64,000 nucleotides of DNA. Source: Ylistrum balloti (lineage: Eukaryota). The DNA lies in contig NW_026782081.1 of assembly GCF_031769215.1 (NCBI RefSeq), forward strand, positions 682,001-746,000, written 5' to 3'. Below the pieces are notes generated by a model. That model did not search any database, had not been told where the DNA came from, and was given only the letters and a program-made list of their open reading frames with translations. Every line of letters begins with the position of its first letter. Positions within the stretch are counted from its first letter, which is position 1. The translations under genes and the position numbers were made by a program. Below, one piece after another: positions 1 to 13,600 of the stretch.

Positions 1-87
1 CGACATATCTAAGTAGCATGCAGTTTTTTCCATTATAGTGTAAATATTGTATCTATTACTAAAAACATATCTAAATGCACTGAAACT

Positions 88-150
88 GGGATACGAGAGA
101 GAGAGAGGGGGGGGAGGGAGGGGGAGACAGAGACTGAGACAGAGACAGAG
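88..150. repeat. (GA)n / G-rich microsatellite
   Basis: gagagagagagagagggggggagggagggggagacagagactgagacagagacagag seen directly. Confidence 0.8.
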
Positions 151-229
151 CGACAAGGAGAAATTATGATGTATGCTGGTGGTTAATACACAAAAAGCTA
201 TTATGCATGTTAGTCATTAATAAACAAAT

Positions 230-620
230 ACTAAAATATATGTTAGTGTTTAGTACACAAAAAACTATTATATATGTTAGGTTAATACACAAAACTAATA
301 TGTAAGTAAGTTGGTAATGCACAACAACTCATATATATGTTTGTGGTTCATACCCAAACACTGGTAGATATATAAGTGTTTATTAGACAAAACTAGTATA
401 TATGTTAGTGGTTAATACACAAAAACTAGTATATATGTCAGTGGTTAATACACAAAACTAGTATATATGTCAGTGGTTAATACACAAAACTAGTATATAT
501 GTTAGTGGTTAATACACAAAATTATTTTATATGTTTGTGGTTAATACACAAAACTAATATATATGTTAGTGGTTAATACACAAAAAATGGCATATATGTT
601 AGTGGTTAATACACAAAAGC
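230..620. repeat. Degenerate ~33-bp minisatellite
   Basis: Repeated unit approximately actagtatatatgttagtggttaatacacaaaa; cleanest between 390 and 615. Confidence 0.85.
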
Positions 621-3600
621 GGTAACTGTATTACCATGCAGTTGAATCAACAAAATAGAGACCACCTTGGTTACCATACTTTAGTTTGTATATTTCCCGT
701 GTTAACACTCGTTGGAGAGAAGAAATCAAAATGCATTCTTAATTTAGAAAATGAATAAGTTAGAGACTACGTTAATCTAAATAAAACTAGGTTTATGTTT
801 CTGCTTAACATCAGGCGAGTCTCGGAAATGACTAATTAATGATAAATGAATACAAATATAAACAGATGTGAGTGATAGGTATGTTATTATACTTTCTGGC
901 ACAAATAGGCACAGGCCGTTACTTTCTGACACTGACACCTATTCCACACATACCTGACCTCCCTGCAGGATCCAGCATGGCGGGCCTCGACGAATGTCAT
1001 TCCATACTGATCTTTTGTATAATTCGACATTTAGTTTTGATTGTTTTTGCGGAAAACGAAGTGCGCTATAAAAACACTTTATTTAGCGCAATCAAATTTT
1101 AGCTCATTATCTCATCTCGGCATATAAGCGCATGATAAATTACCGTGTCGATAACAAATGTTATCAATAAACCATATTTAGACGATTAACGGAATATTAA
1201 TGGAATGGAATATTTATTGAAACAGAGAAAAAAATTGGTTAGTATTCCCACTTGCAAAAAAGAAAAAGGTACTTAAATTTATTGAATAAATAATGCAAAC
1301 ACAAATTTAAAACATTTCATACTGTAATTGATTCGCAGAATCATTTGTTTTATTTTGAGGGTTCGTGCTTTTATTGTCTCACTTTTTGAATGTTAATTTA
1401 TTTAATATATAAATTAATTTTAATTGAAGATCAATTGCTTGTTATCACATACAATTTAAAACAAACAAGGAGAAAACGCAAACAAAACTGAAATTTATTG
1501 TTTGTTGGTGTTAGGCAAAACAACTTTTGGTGTCTTGTGACAATAATTAAATAACACTATTGGCATTATATTTATTTGCATGCCAATTCCCTAGTGCGTT
1601 TCAGACTGAATAATACTGTTTTCTTGATGTCAAATCCATTACATAGAACAAACCACAGGCACTTTTTCTAGCTCATATAATAGAATTAGACGGCAGTAGA
1701 CGTCACAGTAACTTGACCCTACTCTAGTTTTATACGTGACAAGCTGATGACCTCAGATTTCAAAGCCAGACCTTAGACACATTTTGTCCTTTGGTCTTTT
1801 TGTGACCTCATACAGTCACTCCTTCACTACTCCCCTTTTCATGCAATCCCCCTCCATGGTATCTCTTCAAAGAACACGGGATACCCGCCTATTGTGCGAT
1901 AGTGTCTTTCTAATGGGTTAATTGGAAGCTGAGTCAGAAACAAACCATGTTGCTGTAGAACAGTCATAAGATAGGTTTCAGTAGTATTATCATTTCAACC
2001 TGACTGCTTTTCGCCATCATATTTCGCCGCTCTGTCGACAATTGGCCATTTACGAAAATATAGTATTTAATATCTTTCGGCGTGACTGAGTCCATCTGAC
2101 ACTGATCACAGAATAAGCCAGGCGCGAGATCGATCATTGATTACTGCCGGACAGCAGTGGTACATGCATGTGTTATGTACATTTACAGACTTTGTTTTAT
2201 ACAGAAAAACACAAAACAAATACATGTTAAAAATGCTCATATTTGACTTTAAAAGAAGCACATTATTTTTTACTTATTCAGTTATGTCGGCCTCATGATA
2301 TCTGAAATTTCAAATAATTCATTTAATGTTATCGACACATAATATATCTGGAAATATGTTCGTAAAATAAAATAAGACTATCCCAGTCTTGTACCTATGT
2401 AGCCCTATATATCACTGCATGGGAGAGCAGTATTGTTTAAACTGTATTTTTAGAACATTAAGAGTATTCCGTTACTTCTCATTGTTTTTTTTACATTAGG
2501 TTTAGTGTAAATATGGATACTTATGTAATTTAATGTAATTTGGGATGAAAAGCTAGGTTTAAGTAAAAGGTAGCCATCTTAAAATTAATCATGATTGAAG
2601 AGAAAACCAATTCCCTTTGTCTAAAAGCTGTCGTTATGTAAGTAATTTCTGGTCTAAATTAGACATGGAATCTTTTTCCATAACAAAGTTGTCTCTATTT
2701 GTCTATATGAATGACTTTAGAATATTACCTTGTTAACAAATACCCGCACTTCTATTTTAGACTTATTTAGATTTTTTGAAAATTAACCTAGTCTCGTATC
2801 AGTAGAAACAAATTGCAAAGTTTGTTTTTTTTCTCTATTTTTCGTTGGAGAAATTATTTTCTTGGCATTTTTATGGAACATGATTATAGTATTTTTACAG
2901 AAAAAAGGAAACTGTCAATGTTGATTCATCAATCATTTAATGGCTCTAGTAAACGGTAATGGATGTCAGAAACAAGCCACGCAATGGACGAGAGATGAAT
3001 CAACCGAATAAAATCGAGAAATTATCTTGGCAAATCTCTCCCATATGATTCTCAAAGAGGATCCAATGTGGCTGCCAAGATAGGTGCTGAGGAAACAGAT
3101 CCGATTAGCCAGTATGTCATGTTTCTCGTAAATGTCAAATTATCAGCCAACATCTTCCACAGGAGAGTTCCTCGCAAGGGAGAGCATAAATAGGCTGCAG
3201 CAATTACGGATGTGTCAGAGTTTTTTTTCTAATCTCTAATTACTAACAAATTATTTAGCTTTCCGGCGCTTTCAGCATGTATTCGTATAATACAGCTATC
3301 CAGAAGTCTTCAAAGAATGAGGACATTCACAGGTTTGTACTAAAGGCCCAAGAACAAGTGATGTATGTGCAGCTGTATTTAATGTGCGGCAAAAACTGCA
3401 TTGGTGTTACACAAACTGCCTGAAAGCTTCAAAGGATTTTATCCAATGGAACTAAAACAGGGTCTAAAGATGAACGAAATTGTTGGGAGCTTTATATTTA
3501 TTGCTAAAACATTAAATGTGAGGTTATGTTGGTTGAGTATCAGGTAGCATATAGAGTCCTGTAGGCTGAACTACATGGAGACAGTCGTGTACAAATTTGA

Positions 3601-4619
3601 TTGATTCTTGAAGCGTCAAACGTTTTAAATGTTTACGTTTTAGTGCTTATATCTAATATATACTGAATATGTCGTCTGAATGCATTGCGTTTCTCTTCAG
3701 ATATCACCCACGTATTGGACGTGATAAGAATGATAATTTTCATCTCGTTTTTTAAAGAAACTATAGGCGATATCGGAACTTGATCACGTTGAAATCGCGT
3801 CTGATGGTGAAAATCAGTATTAGAATTACATTTTTCTTATCGAAAACATGATAATTTTAGTTATCTTTGTCCAACGTACACCGATGTTGGTCTCCTGATA
3901 TTTTCTCCTTGCGACGCCTCATTTTTTTTTTTTTTTTAGAGAAAACCATTTTAAACAGATACATAAATATTCTAAGAGCATAGACAAGGATATATACTGC
4001 AGTCTCACCATGATTCACACATACAGATACACGTTCTCTCACACACACGTACATACAAACACACACATATGCACACAGTTTTTGAAATCCCTATAAATCT
4101 TTCTGTTTTTCATGTTTGTCTTTCATCGGTTTTGTTATTTTTCTTAGTATTTTCTCTGTTGTTCTTATACATTTATATACGTGTATTTATGCTCTGATTC
4201 TATCGCTGTATTTTTTGCATAACTTTGCATAAAAGCGATCTTATTACGCAGTTTTTGTATTTAATATAGCATGATAACTTCTATTTTACATGTATGTCTC
4301 ATGAAAGCATTCATGATTCATAAACCATGGACATGGAACAATAAAAAATCGATATAAGCAATTATAAAAAAATACAGGAGTTGCTTTAACCCTTTTGACC
4401 CAATCAAACATAGATACATCACGTGTATTTATCTTAAGCAGATGTCATTGTTGTTGAAAGATTAAAGAAATTTTATTTGTCATTCAGACTGCATGTCGCT
4501 AGATAAGCTGCAACGTCATCTAAGAATCCTGCAGAAGACGGTATGAACTTATGTAGGAAGACTATTATCCTGGGCACCTACATGTATATATTATTTCGTA
4601 AAAATTCTGTTTATTGCAG

Positions 4620-7600
4620 ACATGGACACGTGACCTCTGCATGATGGACTCTGATGGGGATGGATTGACCAATGGAGAAGAGTTAGGTGACCCAGACTGT
4701 GGTTGGACTCCGGGAAATCCCCCTATGAAGACCACAGGGCTATCACACCCAGGTAACGTGGATTGTTAGGTATCCTAAGTATTTTTATTAATGGTTCAGA
4801 TCACTTAAGATACTGTGATCATTAAAAAGCAGTTTTTTTTTCGCGTGTGTGCCTAAAAAAAATAATGTACAGGATGGTTAAGTATGAAATGAAAAAAAGA
4901 AAACTTTTATTTGAAAGCAAACAATTAAAATTAAACGAGCAAATACGAAAGACCGGAAGTAGGAGACATAAAACTACATATCAGATGAATCAATGTCAGG
5001 ACATAACATGAATGTGTCTGTTTATACTTTTTATAAAATCTTGAAATTGATGGATCACGTTTCTTTCTTGTTGGTCAGTATTAAATGGGACGCACAACAC
5101 TTGTCAGTAAAATGTAATTGGATTGGGGTATGTGGGTATATCATGATACTCTATATTGAACTGTGGATCGTGCTACTCTATATTGGATTGTGGTGCAAGG
5201 GTGGATCACGATACATTATATTGGATTGAGAGACATAGGTTTATTGTACTAATCTTTATTGGATTGAGAGACATAGGTTTATTGTACTAATCTTTATTGG
5301 ATTGAGAGACATAGGTGGATTGTACTAATCTTTATTGGATTGAGAGACATAGGTGGATTGTGCTAATCTATATTGGATTGAGAGACATAGGTTTATTGTA
5401 CTAATCTTTATTGGATTGAGAGACATAGGTGGATTGTGCTAATCTATATTGGATTGAGAGACATAGGTGGATTGTGCTACTCTATATTGGATTGAGAGAC
5501 ATAGGTTTATTGTACTAATCTTTATTGGATTGAGAGACATAGGTGGATTGTGCTACTCTATATTGGATTGAGAGACATAGGTGGATTGTGCTACTCTATA
5601 TTGGATTGAGAGACATAGGTGGATTGTGCTAATCTTTATTGGATTGAGAGACATAGGTGGATTGTGCTAATCTTTATTGGATTGAGAGACATAGGTGGAT
5701 TGTGCTAATCTTTATTGGATTGAGAGACATAGGTGGATTGTGCTACTCTATATTGGATTGAGAGACATAGGTGGATTGTGCTAATCTTTATTGGATTGAG
5801 AGACATAGGTGGATTGTGCTACTCTATATTGGATTGAGAGACATAGGTGGATTGTGCTACTCTATATTGGATTGAGAGACATAGGTGAATTGTGCTACTC
5901 TATATTGGATTGAGAGACATAGGTGGATTGTGCTAATCTTTATTTGATTGGGAGACATTGGTTGATCACGCTACTCCCTATTGGTTTGGGGTGTGTGGCT
6001 ACATCATGATTCTCTATATTGGATTGTGGTGCATGGATGAATCATGCTATTCTATATTGGATTTGGAGACATAGTTAGCTTATGCTACTCTGTATTAGAT
6101 TTAGGTTAATTGGTGGACCATTCTACTGTATATTAGATTTTGGTGCATGGGTGGATCATGCTACACTACGTTAGATTGGGAGACATAGGTGGATTGTGTT
6201 TCCCTATATTGAATGATTGTGGTGCATGGGTGGATTACGCTACTCTCTTTTGGCTTGGGATGCGTGGCTACATCATGATTCACTAAATTGGATTGTGGTG
6301 CATGGATGGATCATGCAGCTCTATACTGGATTGGGAGACAGGAAATGCATCCTTGCTAGATAGTTCTATGAAAAAATGAAGTCAGTGCCTCCATGATATT
6401 CCCCAGGCAAACATTTTACTTTACTTCGTTGGCATCCTTTCTTACTAATGAGACAGCGGATAATCGTCAAAATATTGGACCACCTTCAAATATTTTATTA
6501 ACAATTGCAACAGAAGAAAAAAGTACAAAGGAATAATGATATTTGTATATCACTGTTAACCTTACTTACTGTTGTAGACAAGCATTTGTACCCTTAGGTG
6601 ATTCATCTATGTCACCTATTTCGCAAACATCGTAATGTTGATTTGTTAAAATTGACAAACCCGATTGGCCTTCAAAGGATTAACAAAATCTCAAACAAAA
6701 ATCAGAGACAGTCAACGCTCATTGGATGTGTAATGCTCAGAGGGTATTAAGTAACAAGGTATAAAATGTCATTTAAAGTGAAAAGGAATGTTCTTCTCCA
6801 GAATATAACCAACACAATCATTGCTTTAGATTTTCAAATACCCATTAAACTTGTCGAATTAAAAATTAACTGTCAAGCTTGCGTGTTCTGAACACATTTG
6901 TTTACACTGATGGACGTCAGTGAGTCAAGATGAAGAAGCCCCTGTGGAAACTGACGTACACGCGTGTATACAATTTAATTTACAGTGTTGAACATCGAGG
7001 CTTGTCAAGACAAGATTAATCATTTCCGCTTACAATTCCATTAATCATTTGAAAAGAACACTAGAACTTTAATCTAAATATAACTGCACAACTTGACACC
7101 ATTATTAAGGAAAAGACTGGTAATTCGACTGTGTATGTGCTAATCTGCAGATTTATTTTAATCTTAACAGATTTATATATAATGTTCAGTTGACTTGAAA
7201 TGTACAGTGAAACTTTCACATTGTTATACGTTGTAACGACTGGCCTTCACCTTCACTGAGTGTTTTATTTTACATTCACCTTGACCGACTGTGACGTGTG
7301 AAGACCTAGAAGTCTCCTGACATTTTGACATGTTGATTGGTGAATTACAGGTCTCCGATAATGGGAATTCTATTGCAGAAATGTGTTTAGGTGGTTCCAA
7401 GAGACGGCTACTTCACACGATAACGCCTGAGTATGACAAACATCTTGTTAGATCTAAGTCACTTAAATGTATAAATCTAATCAAATTCACACAGACGCTT
7501 TATTGAAAATGACACCCTTCAATTGATGGTATGTATGTTGCCGTGGTGAACCTACCTGTTCTTTGTATGACGTAATTATCCTTAATATCAGGGCATTTGT

Positions 7601-10600
7601 TTGTTGATTTTCAGAGCGATTCACACATGACAGAATGAATATGTCAATCAAACACCACGAGTGTCTAATAAAATTATAATAAAAGAACCAATTATTTTCA
7701 AAATAATATTATTATACTGGTGTATTGATCCAATATCTTACTTTACTTTCTATCTTCTATTTAAATAATAAACGTTTGCTATAGAATAAATAAGTTAGTA
7801 AGTTAGAATCTGGCACTCCGTTTTTTGCCGACGTTGTGTTGGAATGTTTTCATTTCAAAGTTGAAAATAAAACATAGACACCTTCCATTACATCACCGAA
7901 CATGCAGCGCACATGCTTAAAGAACATTAAGTTTATAATTATAGCGGGATATAAAGGCCTTTATATTTACGAATTGAAAGAAACTCCGTTGTCTGTTATA
8001 GTGTTGATTTATTGCTGATGTGTAAGCGTTAATCATTATCAGGAAACATTTAATTGAAGAACGACGTTAAAAGTTCTGCATTAATTTGTATTTTTTGTAC
8101 CGATGTATCTTGCTTATCATTCGTACGATTTATATTTGTAAATATGAAACTACACGCCTCACTGACGTTATCTAGTCGTTACGTGTCTGATGCAAAGTAA
8201 TGATTATATCAACTCGAAAACTTGGGCAACTTACCCCCTTAATAAGTCGTATTGGTTATGATGAAGATCCATGCTCTTATCATTGTACAGCGATCTGTCT
8301 AATATTGCCTCGAATGCGTGTGTAGGAGGCTTAGCCTTGTAACAAGCAGTTGATTAATGCATCTTAAGCGGATTATCCATTCATGTATATTTTTATTATA
8401 TCACACAAAACGGTAATGCATTCAGCACATGCCTAATGCTTAGAGAAAAAGACGATGATTTGTATACTTCCTTTCATAAATGACTAGTTTTGCTGTCTGG
8501 GTCGTTCAATTCTCAAACAATTGAGAACATGCAATTCTTTCTTCTGGATACCTTCAGAGTATAGGAAAGGTCAGGTTCTGCAGAGTATCCCAAGCAGCTA
8601 TTGATAAAACCTCCATTATACACAAATTATCATATCGGAGCCAACTCTAACGAACATTTATTTCATTGTATATTGTTCTTTAACGTAACAAATAAGTATG
8701 GACAATTAGATCAGAAACGTTAAAGAGTTCCTACAATTAACAATAACTGCTAATTCCAAAGTCTCATGAAAAATGGTGTAGCTACAGATGCTTGTTCGTA
8801 GATTTATTTTTGAATGACTTCTCGTTTTTCTCGTCACGTATTTTCTTATTTTTGTGATCAGTGTATGTTTTCCTATAGTTGAAATGTTGCTTCTTGATGA
8901 TATCATTTTATACAGATACATTGGCAGTATAACGAATCCTAGTTTTCACGAATTTTGTTCCCAGATGCCTTTTTTTATTTATTTTTCTATTACATTTGGT
9001 TTTCTTTTCCAATTAGCTTTGAGTTTCGGTTTTTCCGTTTCTTAAAATAAAATTTCGTAATTTTGCGAGTTATCTGCAAAATTAGATTGATTTGCTAGAA
9101 GCACGACAGATTTTGTTTTACATTTAGTTAAGAGAAGAATCAAGCCTGTTTCATGTCTTTTCACGTTAACATGTGAACATCTGTATTAGACCATATGTTG
9201 TTTAAATGTTGTGTAAATGCCTTGTCGTAACAGACAACCCCGCATTTCTCCGGTTTTCCAGAACAACGTGTGTCTTTGTACATTCTTACAATATAACGAT
9301 ACACTTGGGGAAAAACTTTGAACGTATGACAACAGACTGTAAATATGTTGCAATATAAATCGACATGTCAAGTGCTCCTATGATACAAAAGGAAGAAAAA
9401 GATTACTTTTAGTAGGTTATGTAATCCATCTAGGATGGCGACACCACACGCCTGAATACCAGCAGGCCTACATTTACTATGACAGCTCATTGATTCCTTG
9501 ATACATTTTATTTGATATAAAACCACCTTTGATTCAACAGCTGGTGAAACATCCCTGCTTCAGTTCTATTCATGTTTTGGCGTGCTTTAAATAATACATT
9601 ATGTAACATTGGCCTTTCCATCGATTTGAGTAGGACTAGCTGAGAAATTGCGACAGATATGGTTGGGATTAAATCCTTTAGGACTGACTCGTCTGATCAT
9701 CTAGGATAGGAGATACATACACGGAATCCACTCGTTTTAATGTAATCCTCGATCGAGTGCCTAAAACATGGCATCGGTCACGTAGGCCATCATCCAGATT
9801 CATGTTTCAGTTACTAGATCATTAGACCAGACCTAAACAAAGGTTAAAATTATATCGTTTCTATTTATACATCTTTTTATAAACAATGCAAGGACGCGAA
9901 CCGAATGTAAATAATGTATAAAAATATTTACAAGAATGCATTGGTCCATATGTTGCCATGATAAAGCGGTTTACAGAATCCGTGTAAATTTCGTGTAAAC
10001 CGGGCATTCATTCATTAGATTTACGCAATGGTGTTTAGGTGTGTATTTAAAGCAACTTAGTCTTAGGGACTTTGAAAAAAGAATATGATCGGAAGGGCTG
10101 ATTTTAATATCTATTTCATATAATGCCATTCTTTCCACATTTCGTTGTATTTTACTTTTTATTAAGACAGAAGCTTTGTAACAAAATATCGCTGTATGCA
10201 TCAAATGAATACATTATCAATTTTGTCATCTCCAAGAGTATGTTTCGAGCATACGTAGAGAGGGGAATCACAACATTCGAGGTATCCATTTTTAGGGAAA
10301 ATATTTCTTTGATTCGCGTTAGAACGAAAAGAAGGCTGTTTTCATTTACTTACAACACGCAACTTTTTCTGTGATAATATATATTTCACTTTCTTGTTTG
10401 GCATAAGGAGTATCAGTAATATATCGTCACATCGCCAATGCAGTAAGACACTTCCACAACACGTTAACTCTGTAGCGCCATCTTTATATAGTTCTATATG
10501 AGAATGACGACAAACGACAGAAGAGAATAACTGACCATATTTGAAAGTGATACGACTTGATATAATCATTGTGTTCTTTTGTTGTCAAACACTTAGTACA

Positions 10601-13600
10601 TCCATTGGTTCATTCTCACTCAGCCAACATATTAAAAAACATTATCTGTAGTGACGAGTATTTAACTAGACAAAAATAAGTATAGTCTATTTCAGTTCTT
10701 ACAAACATAATTTACCTTGTCAACTAAGCATGGTGTTGGGAACTTGTGAGCAAAAAGTAAAGGCAAAGAAATAAAAAATTCTTGAATGAACATTTTCTTT
10801 TATATATATATATACATACCGTCCGAGGAACTTGGGAATTTGTATGACAAAAATTTTGATGCCGATGTTGAGGAGATGATACAGAAAATTCCAACCTTCA
10901 TCAGCTGTATATCATCCCTGTACAGAAGGTGGTCAAAGGTCCACAGAAAATTACCAGCAACCCAAGGCGATATTAATCTGCAAGGAAGATTGAAGGAGAG
11001 ATCGACTGGGAAATGTTTTCTTCTTTGTGACGATATTAATGCTATTATATGGTATTTGGGACGGACAACAACCAACAAAGATTAGCTGATTCATCACCAC
11101 CTTTGGAGATGGGACATTCTATTCCTGCCTGGGACTATTCTGTCAACTGTACTCCATCTATGGGCATGTAGAGAGCAGTGTTTGCTCGTCAGTGTTTGCC
11201 CTTCTTCAGACATTTGTCAGATTGTTCGCCCTCCTCCAGGATGTCACGATACATAGATCTGTGATTCCATCCATGCTTTTAGATTTTGAAGTGAAAGCGA
11301 AGAGTACTTTGTGGAGAGTTTTCCTAGCAGTTTCAATTAAAGGGATATTTTTCCACTACTCACAATGTAGTTGGAGGAAGACCCAAGTCTGTGGACTTGC
11401 CATCCGATACAGAGAAGAGGAAAACATCCCACAACTAGTTCGCATGGCAGCAGTTTTGCTTATGGGTCCTCTTGACAAATTTACAGATGTGTGGTTCAAG
11501 GCCTTAGAGGACAATAGCGACATCAGCCAGAATGTTACCAACTTCACAGACTACGTGGCAGAGACTTTGGTTGGAGTTGACCGACAGAACTGGAATCATT
11601 TTTATCACAATTGAGCGCGTACAACAAATAACGTCGAAGGCTGGTACAGCCAACTTAACCAGATATGCAAGCGTCCACATCCAAACATTTTCCATGATGA
11701 AACTGCTGAAGGTAAAATGGAAGGTATAATGTTGAAAGTCAATATTTTTATCATGATTTACATAGATACATCTTAATATTGGTATAATAAAAATTATTCT
11801 AAGGTAAGTTGTTACCTGAAAACGTTCATAAAACAGATTTCAGCTTTACATGTAATTAGTACCCATTGTTCTCCCTCTGTCACAACATTACCTGTACGCT
11901 ATACTAACGTAGGATAAGTTGGCTGAGTGGGAATACACCCATCCATGGTACGAGATCTGTACATGTGACATTAATCCTTCTCTTTCAAAACAGGCGATTC
12001 GGATCAAATCGACAAAAATGATGATTGTCAGAATACTTATATCCAGGTGTTCTTACGTTTTTTTAAACATACAAACATTGAGAAGTTATGCCTTAGACTT
12101 AGATAAACCACTTGCTGTAAGACTTCTATTTTGGGATCTGGCACAAATCCTTACCTACCGTGCCACTGGCATTCATATCACATGAGACACTCTATATTAA
12201 TTTGACAGTGTTTTTTTTTTCTTTTCTTTACAGGTGTCTGTGAACCACTAAACAGTGAAATATGTCGGGAGAAGAACAAGTGGCTTGACTGTTCAGCGAC
12301 AGGAAACAGTGACTGTCCAGCGTTTAGAGAGCCAGGTAAATTTTATTGCATGCATGCCTAAAAAAACGTCTTCCGTACTAGAAGCAAGCCTTATCTTAAA
12401 AAAAGAGGAGTGCCCGGAATATGAATTATCAATTACTTATATGATAGCTTATAGTTCAACTGCTTTTGATAACACTTATGTAATCCACGTAGTTAGAATA
12501 GCAAGGTTTCGTAACTTCCTGATACTGCAGTTAGTCAGCATGGCGTGGTGATAGGACAGATGGAAGTATGACCCAAACAGCTTATTGATATTTTGGCTCG
12601 TTGTATGTATTTTTGTTAAATTTAATGAAATAAGAAGTTTTGTCCTTCAGTATAAAAAAATTAAACCTTGACTGGAATGAGCTTAACTTTTTTCTTATTT
12701 GTTTAAAAATAGGCGTACAAAATGTGACCATAAGATTTCCAAGGACAGATGTCCCTCCCCACGTTACCAACTACTACTGTCAGATATTTGACCTGCCTGA
12801 CGGCGATTTTCATCTCGTTGGGTCTCGCCCAATCATCGACAATCTGGAACTTACACACCATATTCTCCTCTTCGGCTGTGACGAGCGAGGTAAGGTTAAA
12901 ACAAAGGGGTCAGGAATTACATATATGTCAAGTGATATATTAAAGTACTTACTCACTTTTATCAATAAGTCTCGAAGTTAATCGGTTCCTTAGCTGTTAT
13001 TGTGGCACATCATTTTAAAATCAATAGCCTGAAGAAAGTAAGATTGTGTTCTCAGAACTAAAATGCTTTCTCAAAGCTCCATTTACATTTTATGTTTTAC
13101 TGAAGTATAGAATCAATAGAAAATGATCGACAACCAAGCCTCTAACAGTAAAAAAAAATAATAATAATAGTCTACATGTATATATACCACTATCGTTTTT
13201 CAAACCTATAGTTACGTCATTAAGGCTATCTTAACAATTACTCACCAACATTATTATCAAGCACTACAAATTCATACATTGTTAATGAATTGATATTAGA
13301 GTTATGATCTTAATCCATACAATGATGAAGTGATGCATTGAAAGACTTGCATTTAATATATATATACTTTATGTACGTGTTAATGTACAGTATACTTTTC
13401 CTTTGCATTCTAATGCTGGATTTAGTTTGTGAAAATGTATGATGTTGAGGAGAGAACTTTGATATACATGTAGGCTTATGCCTGATGTTTAATTCAATTG
13501 TTCATCAATAAAAAAATACTGAAATGAAAGTTCATCCTACTGTAAATCTTAAATAAATACTGTATCTTAACCGATATAACTAATATAGGTAAACTCCTTT

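Noticed and set aside
900-1000. HDV-like ribozyme suggested by tat-tccacac-ata and cgaatgtca
   Set aside because: P1 pairs poorly, no P1.1 GG, P2 not contiguous with P3
1-4619. N-terminal temptin and signal-peptide exons of the monooxygenase
   Set aside because: No exon encoding the expected GVGH...RNxFGxDF segment found by eye; probably upstream of the window
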